From contig NC_047033.1 in the NCBI RefSeq assembly GCF_902652985.1, forward strand, positions 19,902,001 to 19,966,000: 64,000 nucleotides of DNA, written 5' to 3'. Positions 13,545 to 26,000 of this stretch are shown here, in pieces (the first letter of the stretch is position 1; every line of letters starts with the position of its first letter). The position numbers were made by a program, and so were the translations under genes. The notes below the pieces were generated by a model, which was given only the letters and a program-made list of their open reading frames with translations, did no database searches and was not told the origin of the DNA. The stretch is from Pecten maximus (taxonomy: Eukaryota).

Positions 13545-13685
13545 AGACTTACAATAATAGCCAACTAAAGTGAACTGAAGTAACATGTTGGAACTTGATT
13601 TCATCAGGACAATGGGACTTACAATAACAGCCAACTAAAGTGAACTGAAGTGAAATGTAGATACTTGATTACATCAGGACAATGA
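13545..13685. repeat. 70-bp tandem duplication
   Basis: gacttacaataa.agccaactaaagtgaactgaagt...catcaggacaatg, two copies. Confidence 0.85.
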
Positions 13686-13830
13686 TATTTACATCTACAT
13701 TAATAGCAAACAAAAATGAAAATTCCACTTTCAACATGGCCGCCATGTTCCCTGATAACAATAGATATTAAATGTTCTTCCGGGTTTTGAATCTATTTTC
13801 TGACAAGAACACTACATGATATATTTGTGT

Positions 13831-15085
13831 CAAAATCGCCGATCATTATTTTTCGTTTTACCCTATCGGGTTTTCCATCCCATATAAAATTGAATATCAT
13901 CCTTTCTAAAATTGTAATTGTATCCTTATCTATTCCAATTGTACCAGCCAGAAAAGTTATCTTTGGTATGACTAAACTTTGAATGATTATTGATTTCCCA
14001 ATGAGTGTTAGTTTTCTTTTCTTCCAATTTTTAAGTAAAAGTTCAATACTAGTTATCTTCTCTTTCCAACGAAGATTGGAACAAACTTTACTATTTTTAC
14101 CAAAATATATCCCAAGGGATTTTACTAACTTTACCCATTTTATCCCAGCGTAGTTTTCGTCTTTATCTTTATTACTTCCGACAAAGATTCCTTCTGTTTT
14201 TTCCTTATTTAATTTCAATCCAGACACTGATCCGAACTCTTCGACCAAGTTCAATGCCTTTTTAACATCATGGTACCTCATGAACAGCGTCGTATCGTCA
14301 GCTGAGATACCTTTATATTTCTATGATTTATTTTAACACCATTTATGTCTTTTTCAGTACGCAATTTACAAGCAAGTAGTTCCGTGGCTATTACAAAAAG
14401 TAAGCAAGACAAAGGACAACCTTGCCTGATACCACGTGATATTTTATAACTTCCTGTTAAGCAATTATTGTTTTTTACACAACCTCTAATATCCTTGTAT
14501 AATGTTTTTACCCAATTAATGAAAGATGACCCAAAACCGAATTTTTCCAGACTTTTAAACATAAATTCCCATTCAAGTGTATCGAAAGCTTTTGAAAAGT
14601 CTAAAAATATTACACAAGAATCAAGATTCATTTTTCCCGAAAAATAATGTCCTGAATTAGTCTAATATTATACCCAATAAATCTATTCCGTATATAGCTA
14701 TTTTGATCAGTGCTTATTATTTTTGACATAAAAGGTTTAATTCTATTTGCTAAAGCATATGCCGCTATTTTGTAATCCATATTTAGAAGAGTAACTGGCC
14801 TCCAGTTTCGTAAATCAAGAGCATCATTCTTTTTATAAATAAGTGTAATTACTCCTTTCTTTTGAGACGTACTTAATTCTCCCCTTCTATAACAACTATT
14901 CAAGGCTCCAACTACAGTTGTACCTATTTTCTCCCGAAAAGATTTGTAAAATTCAGACGTGAGCCCATCACTACCAGGGCTTTTATTTGATTTCATTTTT
15001 AGTACAGCGTCCTGACACTCCTTCAATGACAACTCACCCTCACAACAATTTTTCTCATTCTCGCGAAGCTCATACTCAACATGGA
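13831..15085 (-). mobile_element. Tx1/L1-clade LINE ORF2 reverse-transcriptase fragment (frameshifted, truncated at both ends)
   Basis: ORFs 14628-15032, 14278-14631 and 13793-14281 carry KSPGSDGLTSEFYK, NWRPVTLLNMDYKI, LDFSKAFD, RGIRQGCPLS, a decayed xADD motif, SGLKLNKEKT and KSLGIYF. The fragment is flanked by a 47-bp direct repeat (13784-13830, 15086-15132). Confidence 0.92.
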
Positions 15086-16310
15086 GTTTTGAATCTATTT
15101 TCTGACAAGAACACTACATGATAGATTTGTGTTGGGTTACACATTAAAGCACCTAATATGGAATCCAGGCTATTTTAGTCGTATAATCCAACTGGCCATC
15201 TCAGTGGTGGACTACGTCATAGTTCTGATTGTCCTAGTCGACCATGGGCCCGTTCGATTCATTGTCCAGGACATGTTCTGACTCTGTTCCGGAACAGTTG
15301 TCAATCGAACGCACCGGAACGTCCGGGGCAGGAAGTAGTATATTCAACATGGCTGACCAGAATGGCATTCTCGCTGCTATCATGATGATGGATGACGATG
15401 ATGACGAAAATGAAACATGGTTTGACATGTTTACCACAACAATGCTTCTTGTAGGTAGAAGATGACGGTAGGTAGCAAAATCTACATTACTTGAAGGTTT
15501 GACTTTTGCATGAAAAGACTTACTGGTTTCGCAAAACATGTAGTATCCTAAAAGGCATAGGATGCTGCATGGTAACCTAGGCACATCCCACGGTTCTCTG
15601 CCCAGTAGGACACCCAATGAGATCAATGGTGTAGGAGCTGTCATGCTGGATCCAAACATTGTACTGACATAGCAAAATGTCCCGATAGAGCCGATAGATC
15701 CAAATCTCGTAAGCACCATATAATTACTGAAGTTCTCACTTACTATATGAAGCCAGCTGCAGTGATATTTATTTTGTATCACTGGATATTGTCCAAAGGT
15801 ATTCCATGTCTAACTTTGGAAAGTCACAATTATCCCCGTCGTATCTAGTGTGACAAATAGTGACTTAGCCTTTTTTGTAAGATCTGACTCATCTTACACT
15901 TAGGCAGCTTTATTTTGTCAGCCAGCACCCTAACCTTTGCGTTTCGCTCTGGTGTTCTAGAATATATGGGTCCTCGAATTCTATTAAAACAGGCTGTTAC
16001 TATTCTTACGATTGCTTCGATGAAATCAATGAAAGAGCTTTAATGCAAGTTGTGTTTTGAAAAATATTTACATTTACACTGCAGTCCCACTATATAACTT
16101 TACCAAGCTCACTTGGCAGTTATGAGTCCATAACTTCCAAATCTTTATTATGACGTCATTATTATAGTCACGTCATAATTGTAACGTCGGCGATAACGGA
16201 AGATGGCTGTTGAAAAGGCTGTTCCGTCTTTGACGATAATAATTTGTTTATTCATTATCGGAGTAAAATTCCTCGATATAGTCTTTCAAATTCGTTGTCA
16301 AATGTAAATA

Positions 16311-16413
16311 TAAGCATTGAACTGCTTTCATTTGGCGCGCTTCATTAAATTTGCCTTTGTTCAGTTGGCATTCATCAGCCCATAACTTCCAAATGAAAGC
16401 AGTTCAATGCCTA
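16311..16413. repeat. Short inverted-repeat cassette
   Basis: TAAGCATTGAACTGCTTTCATTTGG ... CCAAATGAAAGCAGTTCAATGCCTA. A related hairpin ttggcagttatgagtccataacttccaa lies at ~16113-16140. Confidence 0.7.
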
Positions 16414-17141
16414 AGAAACAACCACTGAATTCATCGTGTGATATGATTCCACTATACATCGGGATTAATCAATGAATCTATCAATGTTAGCTTGTAGGTC
16501 TTCATGTTAAGTCTGCCCAGGTTTTAGATTAGACAGAAACTTTGTTGTCAAACCAGGTGTTTCTTAATCTGGCAAAAAACTTGACTAAACTCTCCATCAA
16601 CAAATAGTTCCGCTCCTTCTAGCCACAGTATCTGTGATCAAAAATAAGGAATAAAAATATATGTACCGTCAAGTATGACAGTCGTCCTCTTGCCAAAAAA
16701 TGCTTCAGAGAACACTGTGGTGTGCTTCAGAATGTTTTCTCTTGTAAGATGTTCCAAGGATCAATGGCACAATGATTATGAGTATGGATTATGTTACTTT
16801 TACTGTGGAATAAAATGATTTCCATGTCCTGGAAACCTGCATGTGAAAAAGAGCTGAACACTGTCTCCAGTATATAACCGACTTCACTTTTACCCGGAAC
16901 AACATCGGTGTATTCTCGTGGTTTGGAGTGTAGATACCTGTGTCAATAGAAGACGAACAATGTGGAAGAGTTTCTAAAAACTGTGTTCTTGTCCAGCCAG
17001 TCCAGAGTAAAGAAAGAGTCATGTATTAACAGCATACAGATATATCATATCTTCAAATGATCATTGATGATTTCTTTTAATCTAGATAATAGCTGGGAAG
17101 TCAACATTTCTCTTTCATCAGTACGGATTTCATCGTTAGGG

Positions 17142-18545
17142 TTAAGCTCTTTCTCTGTGAGATGATGTGAAATGATACGTGAGGACCAAGAACACAGGAT
17201 TGTAATAAAAGATGAGTTGGTGTTTTGTACGCCGCTTAGTGATCAAAATGGATACAGACCCATATTTTATGACGATGTTTCTGTCTTTGTAAAAATACTG
17301 ACAGAAAACACGATAATTCCACAGGACGCTTATCGTAAGGAATGTTCCCTGTACAGAAATCAAAATTTCAAAGATCATTAAAAGTCTTTCAAAGTTTGTT
17401 ACTACTGCTACGATGCCTAATATCCAGCTAAAACCCATACTAGCGGATATGTTAGCATAAACAACTATGTTGGATTTCTTTGATTTGCTAGCGTTGACTA
17501 TAGATGTAGACGATATATGATATATGATCATACAGAATAGGACAAGGTTTCCACTCAATATCACCGATACAGGTACAACAAAGGCAAAAAGTAGAGTGTA
17601 CGTATTTACAATGAAACAATCATCACCACCATATATGGCTTCAGTGGGCTTTGTGATTACCTCCACTGACTTTGTACCAAGTATTATGACAGATGTAGAT
17701 ATGAAGCCAAACATACAATATTTTACAGTAGAGAAGTAATCAGGTCTAGCTCCATTGTCAACCTCCCGGATATCGTAATTCAAATAAAGGTAGCAAAGGA
17801 ACATGAACGGGAAAGAACCAAGCCAAGCAACATGCTGCATCACACCTAACCACATACACATTTCGTCTCGAAATGAAGTCTGGCTTTGAAGAAGGGCACA
17901 CTATCAACAGTTTAGATATCTGATTTGCCATAAATGGAATGACACAATACTTAGTTAAATATCAGTTCAAACACAAGATAGACATACACGTACAGATAAT
18001 ATTGTCTGTAATCCGATACCGACAACTTATTGTTATACGCTAGGAATGTTTCTACACAAATATATTTTTTTGTTTTAACAATTTTTTATTCAATTTTAAT
18101 TTTATCAACAACACATTACAAATACAATACATGTCCATTCAAACTTACAAGCATGCATCATATCCATTTAAATATAATTTGATATATGTTCATACATGTA
18201 GCCATTCTATATGTCTTTACTCACTCACTCACACACATAAAGACATTTACTTAATGTTTCTACACAAATATAATAATGTCCGTTTTGATTGAAAACATCT
18301 GTAGATTTGATAGATACTCTACTTTGGGAAAAACTGATTGTTACTACAAAAGAATCATTTATTTAGGACACGCCTATTAGAATTAATATCAGTGGTAGTG
18401 TTTACTCTGACTGCAGCAAAAGGTAAATGTGTCCAAGACGGGAACCTGGTGAAAATATATCTAGGATTTAGAACAAAAGCCACTGATTTCCTTGTAAAGT
18501 CTTGTTGTAATTTGTTTTCAGCTCTAATGGAACTTAAAAATTTAT
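17142..18545 (-). pseudogene. Family-B/adhesion-type GPCR 7TM relic (TM3-TM7 readable in ORF 17142-17861)
   Basis: CMWLGVMQHVAWLGSFPFM (TM3), YGGDDCFI..LLFAFVVPVSVILSGNLVLF (ECL2 Cys/TM5), MGFSWILG (TM6), FEILISVQGTFL (TM7). The upstream part is broken by frameshifts and a retroposed insert. No introns seen. Confidence 0.7.
18065..18252 (-). mobile_element. Short retroposed poly-A-tailed insert (5'-truncated LINE 3' end) with 20-bp TSD
   Basis: TSD AATGTTTCTACACAAATATA at 18045-18064 and 18253-18272. The minus strand ends in aataaa plus an A-rich tail. Confidence 0.75.
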
Positions 18546-18556
18546 CAACAAGCATT

Positions 18557-18955
18557 CGACCAGCGTCTGACCAGCATGTGACCAGCATGTGACCATCATG
18601 TGACCATCATGTGACCATCGATCGACCAGCATGTGGCCAGCATGTGACCAGCGATCGACCAGCATGTGACTAACATGTGACCATCATGTGACCAGCAATC
18701 GACCAGCATGTAACCAGCATGTGACCAGCGATCGACCAGCATGTGACCATCACGTGACCAGCGATCGACCAGCATTGACTAGCATATAACCAGCAATCGA
18801 CAAGCATGTGACCAGCGATCGACCAGCATGTGACCAGCGTGTGGTCAGCGATCGACCAGCATGTGACCAGTTTGTAACCATCATGTGGCCAGTGATCAAA
18901 CAGTGTCTGATCAGCGATCGCCCATCGTGTGACAAGTGATCGATTAGCTGGTGAC
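18557..18955. repeat. Degenerate 11-bp tandem repeat array
   Basis: Mixed GACCAGCATGT / GACCAGCGATC / GACCATCATGT units. Confidence 0.9.
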
Positions 18956-20077
18956 AAGTCCCAAAAAAAGTGGATTTAGACATACAGAATATGAACATGC
19001 ACACTAATACAAATGTACAAAAATAACCATGCTGTTGATAGACATATCTGTTATCAATGAAAGGTCAAGGTCATCCCACAGGAAGGAGATGTATAAATGA
19101 TATATACTATTGTCATTGGCGGAGAGTTCTCTATGAAGATATTTGTTGATATTTTATAAGCGTGTGTGTTAACAATATATGTTTACTCTGTAGGTAGACA
19201 TTTCTTTCTAAATATATACATTTTTTCTTTTTAATAATTCTCCTGAATTATTTGCTTTATTTAATTGAGTGTTTGCCATGATAAGATTTATTCGTGAACA
19301 ATGTCAAAGGCTTTGTTTTGTTTATTATTGTTTAACGTCCTATCACCAGCTTAAGTCATTTGATATTGATATACTGAGTTGATATGCGTGCGTATGGTGA
19401 GTGCAAAATTCCATTGTTATCCCTTCCTCGGTTGCCGAAGGTTAAAAATCTGACATCACATTCTTGCATTGTAGAACATATTGTAGAATGCAGATTTTCA
19501 AATGATTGTTACTTCTGTCATAACTACCAGAGGTCTGTAAAACGTATCCTCGGTTGATCGCGCAATTTACAAAATTACTATCTAACAAGCAGCAGACTAA
19601 CTAGGTATGTACAAGCATACGTTGAAATGGAAAATAATTTAAAAACGTGATACAGCAAAATGTGTTATAAGTCAACATTAACAAATCTGTTTTGCAACGG
19701 AGGACTTTGTTTTTAGTTGTCCATGTGTCGCCATAATTGGATGTAAAATACCAATGAAGTCCAATTACACATGTACACTGAATACACAGTTGTACAGGAC
19801 ACTGCGGTTCATGCACTCTCAAACAGGACATTTCTTGCCATATCAAAAAGGTATTTTTTGCATCAGTAATATAAAAATATAATTTTGTCTGGTTTAGTAT
19901 TGTCTAACGTGTATCATCATGTAATGCCATAACGGACAACCTTCCCCACTAGAGTATAACAATAATGCCTGGTTTAAACATTGGATTATAAAAAAACTGT
20001 AACATCAAGTTTCCTGTAAGAATCGAGTGTAAACTTTTGTTAACGAATATTTCTTTTTTAGAAAAAAAATTGAAGCC

Positions 20078-23000
20078 ATGGAGAAAATAAACTTGGACGG
20101 AGTTTCAGCCACCATGGATAAAACCGATACAGAAGACTGTGTGACATCTAGCAATGAACTAGGCAAAGTTTCTACTGAGTATGGAAATATGCCAAGGAGG
20201 TTGCTTTACAATGTCTCTGATCGGACCCCAGTTCAGATGGCGATCTTTTGTGCCTTCCAGGTACACAGATACAACTCCATGATTCCATGATTGACATTTA
20301 AACCTTCGCGATAAATGATGTTCTTTATAGTGATTTTTAAATGTAATGAGGGTCTGATTCGACGCTTACACGAGATTAACTAAATGATAGTTGTTTCTAT
20401 TGTAGAATACTTTGCATTAAAATAGCCAATTGTACATAGAAACTGATTCTTTTTAAAATTTTAATCTTCTTATTTACGCTCATAATAGAGCTGTTACACA
20501 CAATGTTGTAATCCATACTGCCTTTTATGATTATGTTCTGCTTTTTCGAATATATTTTTGTTTTCAGCAAGTTCTCATTGTCTTGTCAGCCTCGTTGGCA
20601 GTATCGTCCTTCGTGGCAGACGCTGCATGTGCTGACGATTTCCCGGATATCAAAACAGACCTTTTGAGCTCAACCATGTTTATGAGTGGCCTCACAACCC
20701 TGCTTATGGTTACGCTTGGTATCAGGTGAAGTATCGATCTTCTTTTTTTCCATCTTTTGGACATCATCGTATCATCGTATCTCTGTTCTTTTCTTCCTTG
20801 TTGGTTTGCCTTTGCTTTTCATCACGTACCGGTGTTCAAAGTCTTTTTTACCACGTATATTTTCCATCGCCAGACTACCGGTGTTCCAAGGCTTCTTTTT
20901 AATAAGTATATTTTCCATTACTAGATTACCGGTGTTCCAAGGCTCCTTTTAACCAACTAGATTACCGGTGTTCCAAGGCTCCTTTTAACCACGTATATTT
21001 TCCATTACTAGATTACCGGTGTTCCAAGGCTCCTTTTAACCACGTATATTTTCCATTACTAGATTACCGGTGTTCCAAGGCTCCTTTTTACCACGTATAT
21101 TTTCCATTACTAGATTACCGGTGTTCCAAGGCTCCTTTTAACCACGTATATTTTCCATTACTAGATTACCGGTGTTCCAAGGCTCCTTTTTTACCACGTA
21201 TATTTTCAATCACCAGATTACCGGTGTTCCAAGGCTCCTGTGCTGATTACGTCATACCTCTGATGGCAATACGTTTACTGAACAAAAATATATGCGATGT
21301 TCCAGGTAAGTGGTTGCTAACTTATTTGACAACGCATATCATGGCTGTGCTAAGAAAGTACTGTCTAGTTATTTCATAAATTGCTATTTAGTTGTTTTGA
21401 AAACGTACTGTATACAATATAGTTAGGGAATTTCACTACAGTATATATTCACCAATCTGATTAAAATCTAGATGGTCATTCTCACTACGTTACATGAATG
21501 TAGTGGAAATGGCCATCTAGATTTTAATTAGATTGTATATTCACGGACTTTTCACATAGCGCGAAAAGAAATAACTAATGGATATATATTTATACAAATA
21601 AATGTATAGAATCCTTAATTGGAATTTTTTATCATGCACCGCTTTGCGAAATATGATACCTGTGAATAAGGTCCGACTGGGAAAAGAGTGAAATGTTATC
21701 CCCGTAACAGGTTTGTATTTTATTAGCCGAACAGAATGAAATGTTATGTACATTTTGGAATCGAATACATGTAAGTCTAGTAAATATTTCTTTAAAGAAC
21801 AGTTTCAACTACTTAAGCATTTCGTTTTTTCTGTGTGTGAGTGTATTTTTTCTAGTGCTGTATAGTCTTACGAAACAATACAGTATCTAACAAACATTTA
21901 TTATAATGCCAAGAAAGTATAGTATAAGGGCGGAATGTAAGTCATAATCCGGCTATTTAATGTGATTTGAATTTGATGTTCACAATCAGATTTCTTTTCT
22001 AGACTCACAGATCCAGACCAATCTAACTTTATCAAACGGTAGTTTCTATGAAACTAATGTAACTATGGAAACTATTAATCTTAAAAGGGAACTGGCTTTT
22101 TCTAAGCTGCAAGAGGTAAGATGTAGTATTCACTCTACATAAGTATACAGGAACACCAGAATGATCTTATCATGCCACCTACAAACGAAACATTAAGATA
22201 GAACAGTAAATAAAAGTAGTGATATGTAAAGACTCTTAAAGCTCCAGTTATCAATACAAATGTTTATACTCATGTTTTGTAGACTTTGCTATTTTGATAC
22301 ATGTGTAATATAACTAGCACATATCAGTATTTGAAATTGTGAAATTTACCTTTTGCTTTGTCATTTTTATAAATGTATAATATGTATACCATGTATAATA
22401 CATTTTCAATATGGCTATACAAGTATATATCAATGTCATTGTGATACATTTATGCTATTGCTATACATGCATATTTCATTGTAATTGTAATAAATGTTTG
22501 CTATGGCTATACAAGTATATTTTATTGCCATTTTAATCAATGTATGATATGGTCATTGTAATAAATGTATGATATGGCTATACATGTATATTAAAATGTC
22601 ATTGTGATAAATGTATGATACGGCAAATATATGCTCTGGCTATACAGTATACAAGTATATTTAAATGCCATTATGATACATTTATGATATATCGGACATC
22701 TATAGGGTAAAGAAGAAAGCAAAACACAAAGTCGTAGCAGTGAGGAAAGAATAAAAGATATTGTTAAAGTATTGCGATGGGGTACAATATCAATTTTGGC
22801 ATCATTTTAGCACTCAGCATTATGATAGTTAGATAAATGGTTTGCCTGTTGTCAGTACAAAATAACCGCAACCGTCCACACCTCGCGCATTCTTAACATG
22901 CATTCATCTCGCACACAGGGGTCGCAGTCTTTTAATGACCTTAGTTCTTGGTAGGACATTGAACAAAGCCTAACCAAACTCAAATATATTTTATTTAAAG

Positions 23001-26000
23001 AAATATATCTAAGCATCTGATATTTTCATGAACATCTGTATCGTGTCTCAAGTTTAATATATTTGCATTTTTCAAGGTTTCAAATTTCCTTTTTTTTCCC
23101 CGCACGTTTATTGATTTTGAGCTAGAAATACGATATACGATTGTATTGATATTTCTGTATTTTTCTGTTGTTTCCAGTTCCAGGGTTGTCTAATCCTGGT
23201 GGGCGTGGTCCACTGTCTGATTGGAGTGACGGGTACAGTTGGGTTCCTCCTCCGATTTGTTGGCCCGATGACCATAGTGCCGACTATTTTGCTCACTGGT
23301 ATATTCTTATCCCGGGCGACGGCGAAATTTTCAAAAGTTCATTGGGGTATATCTAGTGTGTAAGTATCTGACCATTATATCTAACTATTCATGTAGTTAA
23401 TTATTCAATTTGTTAAATTTTTCATAATTGCTGTACTTTTTGGGGCATCTATTCATTGTTGCTCTTTGAGACTCACATTCAGTCGCCTCCCGCCATCATG
23501 CAACAGCATCTTGAGACTCACATTTAGTCGCCTCCCGCCATCATGCAACAGCATCTTGGTCCGAGTTGGTCCGAATCGTCTGTTTCCCGTAGCGTCCTGT
23601 AGGGACACTTCGGCATTCGTATTTCTTATATTTTCAGTCTTCATAAATATTTGTAGCAGTTTTTTCACACCACTCTCTATAATTCTTATGATCTAACACA
23701 TATTTTTCTAAAGTTTTTCAGACTTTGTACACGATATTTAATCAATCACTGTAGAGACGATAATGCAACATTTTTTATATAAATGCAATGTCGTCCACTA
23801 GCAGTGTTTAGGGACGAATCGTCTTCGAACCCTTCGGAATACTTTCACGTGCGGGGGAATTCAAAATATCTCTGCCGTTGGTCGCATAGCGTTCTAGTGT
23901 TTGAACATGATGCAGTCACGCTAGTATCCGCCTTCGGCCCACGTTTGCCGAAGGGTTCATTGTGGTTTCTCCAGTTACTAAAACATTATTCTTATTGTAT
24001 TTTATTGTATTTCCAGTACTTCTTATATATATGATGTGATTGTATTTGTGATTTTTTGTGTTTTGATAAAGGGGCGGATTGCCTCGAAAATTTAACAAAC
24101 CTTATTGTTTACACTGTTTGAATTACTTCTTTGCCCCATAGTGTGTAAGTAAATATATTAAATAAGCTCATCGATTCATTTGATATTACAAAACACAGGG
24201 AAACAATGCATAATACGAATATCTATATAAAGCAGATATTTATATATGTTTTATTGTTTGATGTAATTCACACTTGCCATCATCCATGCTCACTGTAAAC
24301 TAGGAATAATTCTAAACAGGATATTGTCTTTTTTCTATCGCATTTCTATATTTCATTTTACACTGTTCAATACATAATATTACTCAGATATGATCAACAG
24401 TAGTTTCATTATTGAAAGAGATTGATATTTTAAACTTGCTGATTGAAATTTCGAAAATGTATCCTGTTTCCGTTTTACGACTAAATGAAACCAGGACGGC
24501 TGGGACGGCCATTATTCTATCACTTTACCTTGGGAACAAGAAGATGCCGTGTCCAGCTTGGTCCAGGCGGAGGGGTTTCTACTGGTACTGGTCTCCTTTT
24601 CACCAAGTATTTTCGGTAAGATTGTCCTTGAAATAGGGCGTGATGTTGTATCTGTAGGATTATATCATTAATCTTTCTTTTCTTTCTAATCATCCTAGAT
24701 GATAGTTGGTCTCTAAAATGTCCCCTAATTAGACGACACAGACAGGAATCCTCGATTTTTACGAAGGTCTACTAATAGTCGTCTTCTTCGATCAAACTGC
24801 TGTGTCTTACAGCGAACATAGACTTTTCTCGCACCTGCAGTGGTTGATTGCTGTTGTAGGACATTGAACAAAGCAAATAAAACCGAGATAAAACATTATA
24901 CTCCAACGATTTACGTCTGTTCAGCTGTATGGGTCAATGTGCCATCGGTTTAAACACATAAAAGTTTGATAGTTCGTTGGTTGTTACTTTTAAGGGTTAT
25001 CTAAAGAGCGAATCAAGTAAAATCAGTAATGTTTAACATTTACAAATTCCTACTATGACATGTATAAACACTGACTCAATTTCGATCTTGAAATGAAAAT
25101 GGCGGCTGTGAATAATATCACAGATAAAGGGCATATAAGGAGGCATTTCAAACACCGAAAATGCTCTGATTAGACACTATAAAGAAATCTTGACATGGTA
25201 AGAAGATTTTTTTTTGGAAAAAAAAAAATCAACTTCTGAGTTTGGGGTATATTTCTTGAAAAGGTCCAACCCACAAATTTAGTAATTTGTCCTAAAAAAA
25301 CTTCCTTCTTACTATCATTAAATACCTTAAAAGTATGATATAGAAGACTTTTTATAGATTGAAACGCTCCTTTTTATTCCATATTTGTGTAATATTACTC
25401 ACATCCGTCGCTTTCAATTGAGGGTCAAAACAAAATAGGTGTTTATACATACATACAGTAAAATCCGATGAAACAGATGCTCCTATCGTGAGCATAAAAG
25501 CGGAGCTTTTTTCAGGTTTGGTTATTTGTGAGACTTAAAATCATTCCATGCTACATTGATAACTCTAAGGAAGAAACTGACAGCATCTACAGAAACTTAT
25601 TTGTAATTTTAGGACACTATATTAATACATTGTGGTATATTACATAGCTATTTTTTTATACAAATATATATTTACACTTGCAAAGTTTTGTCACTATATA
25701 ACAATACCAGACCGATTTGTTTACCATTCTTGCATGGAAACATTGACCTTTGAACTTCGAGTGCTTCGGTCGCGGTCTGTTTTCCGTTACTCTCGATGAA
25801 CGCGTGATGAAATATTTCTTAAAATAAAACAACACGCTTTGTTTACCATTGTTAAATGTATAAAAATAACATGTTTGACAATATTAAATATGATAATCTA
25901 TCAAAATGTTTTTGTTATTTATGTTAATATCATAATAAAAAACAGAACTATTTTTTACCGCGGAAAACAAGTCTCAATTTGTTGTGAAGCGTCACCATTG

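Noticed and set aside
15234-15800. ORFs with an acidic run (MMMDDDDDENE) and FHAKVKPS, possibly a Harbinger- or SWIM-type transposon relic
   Set aside because: No catalytic motif or termini could be identified, so it is too weak to call.
18670-19004. ORFs with repeated LVTCWSIAGH
   Set aside because: They are translations of the 11-bp tandem array.
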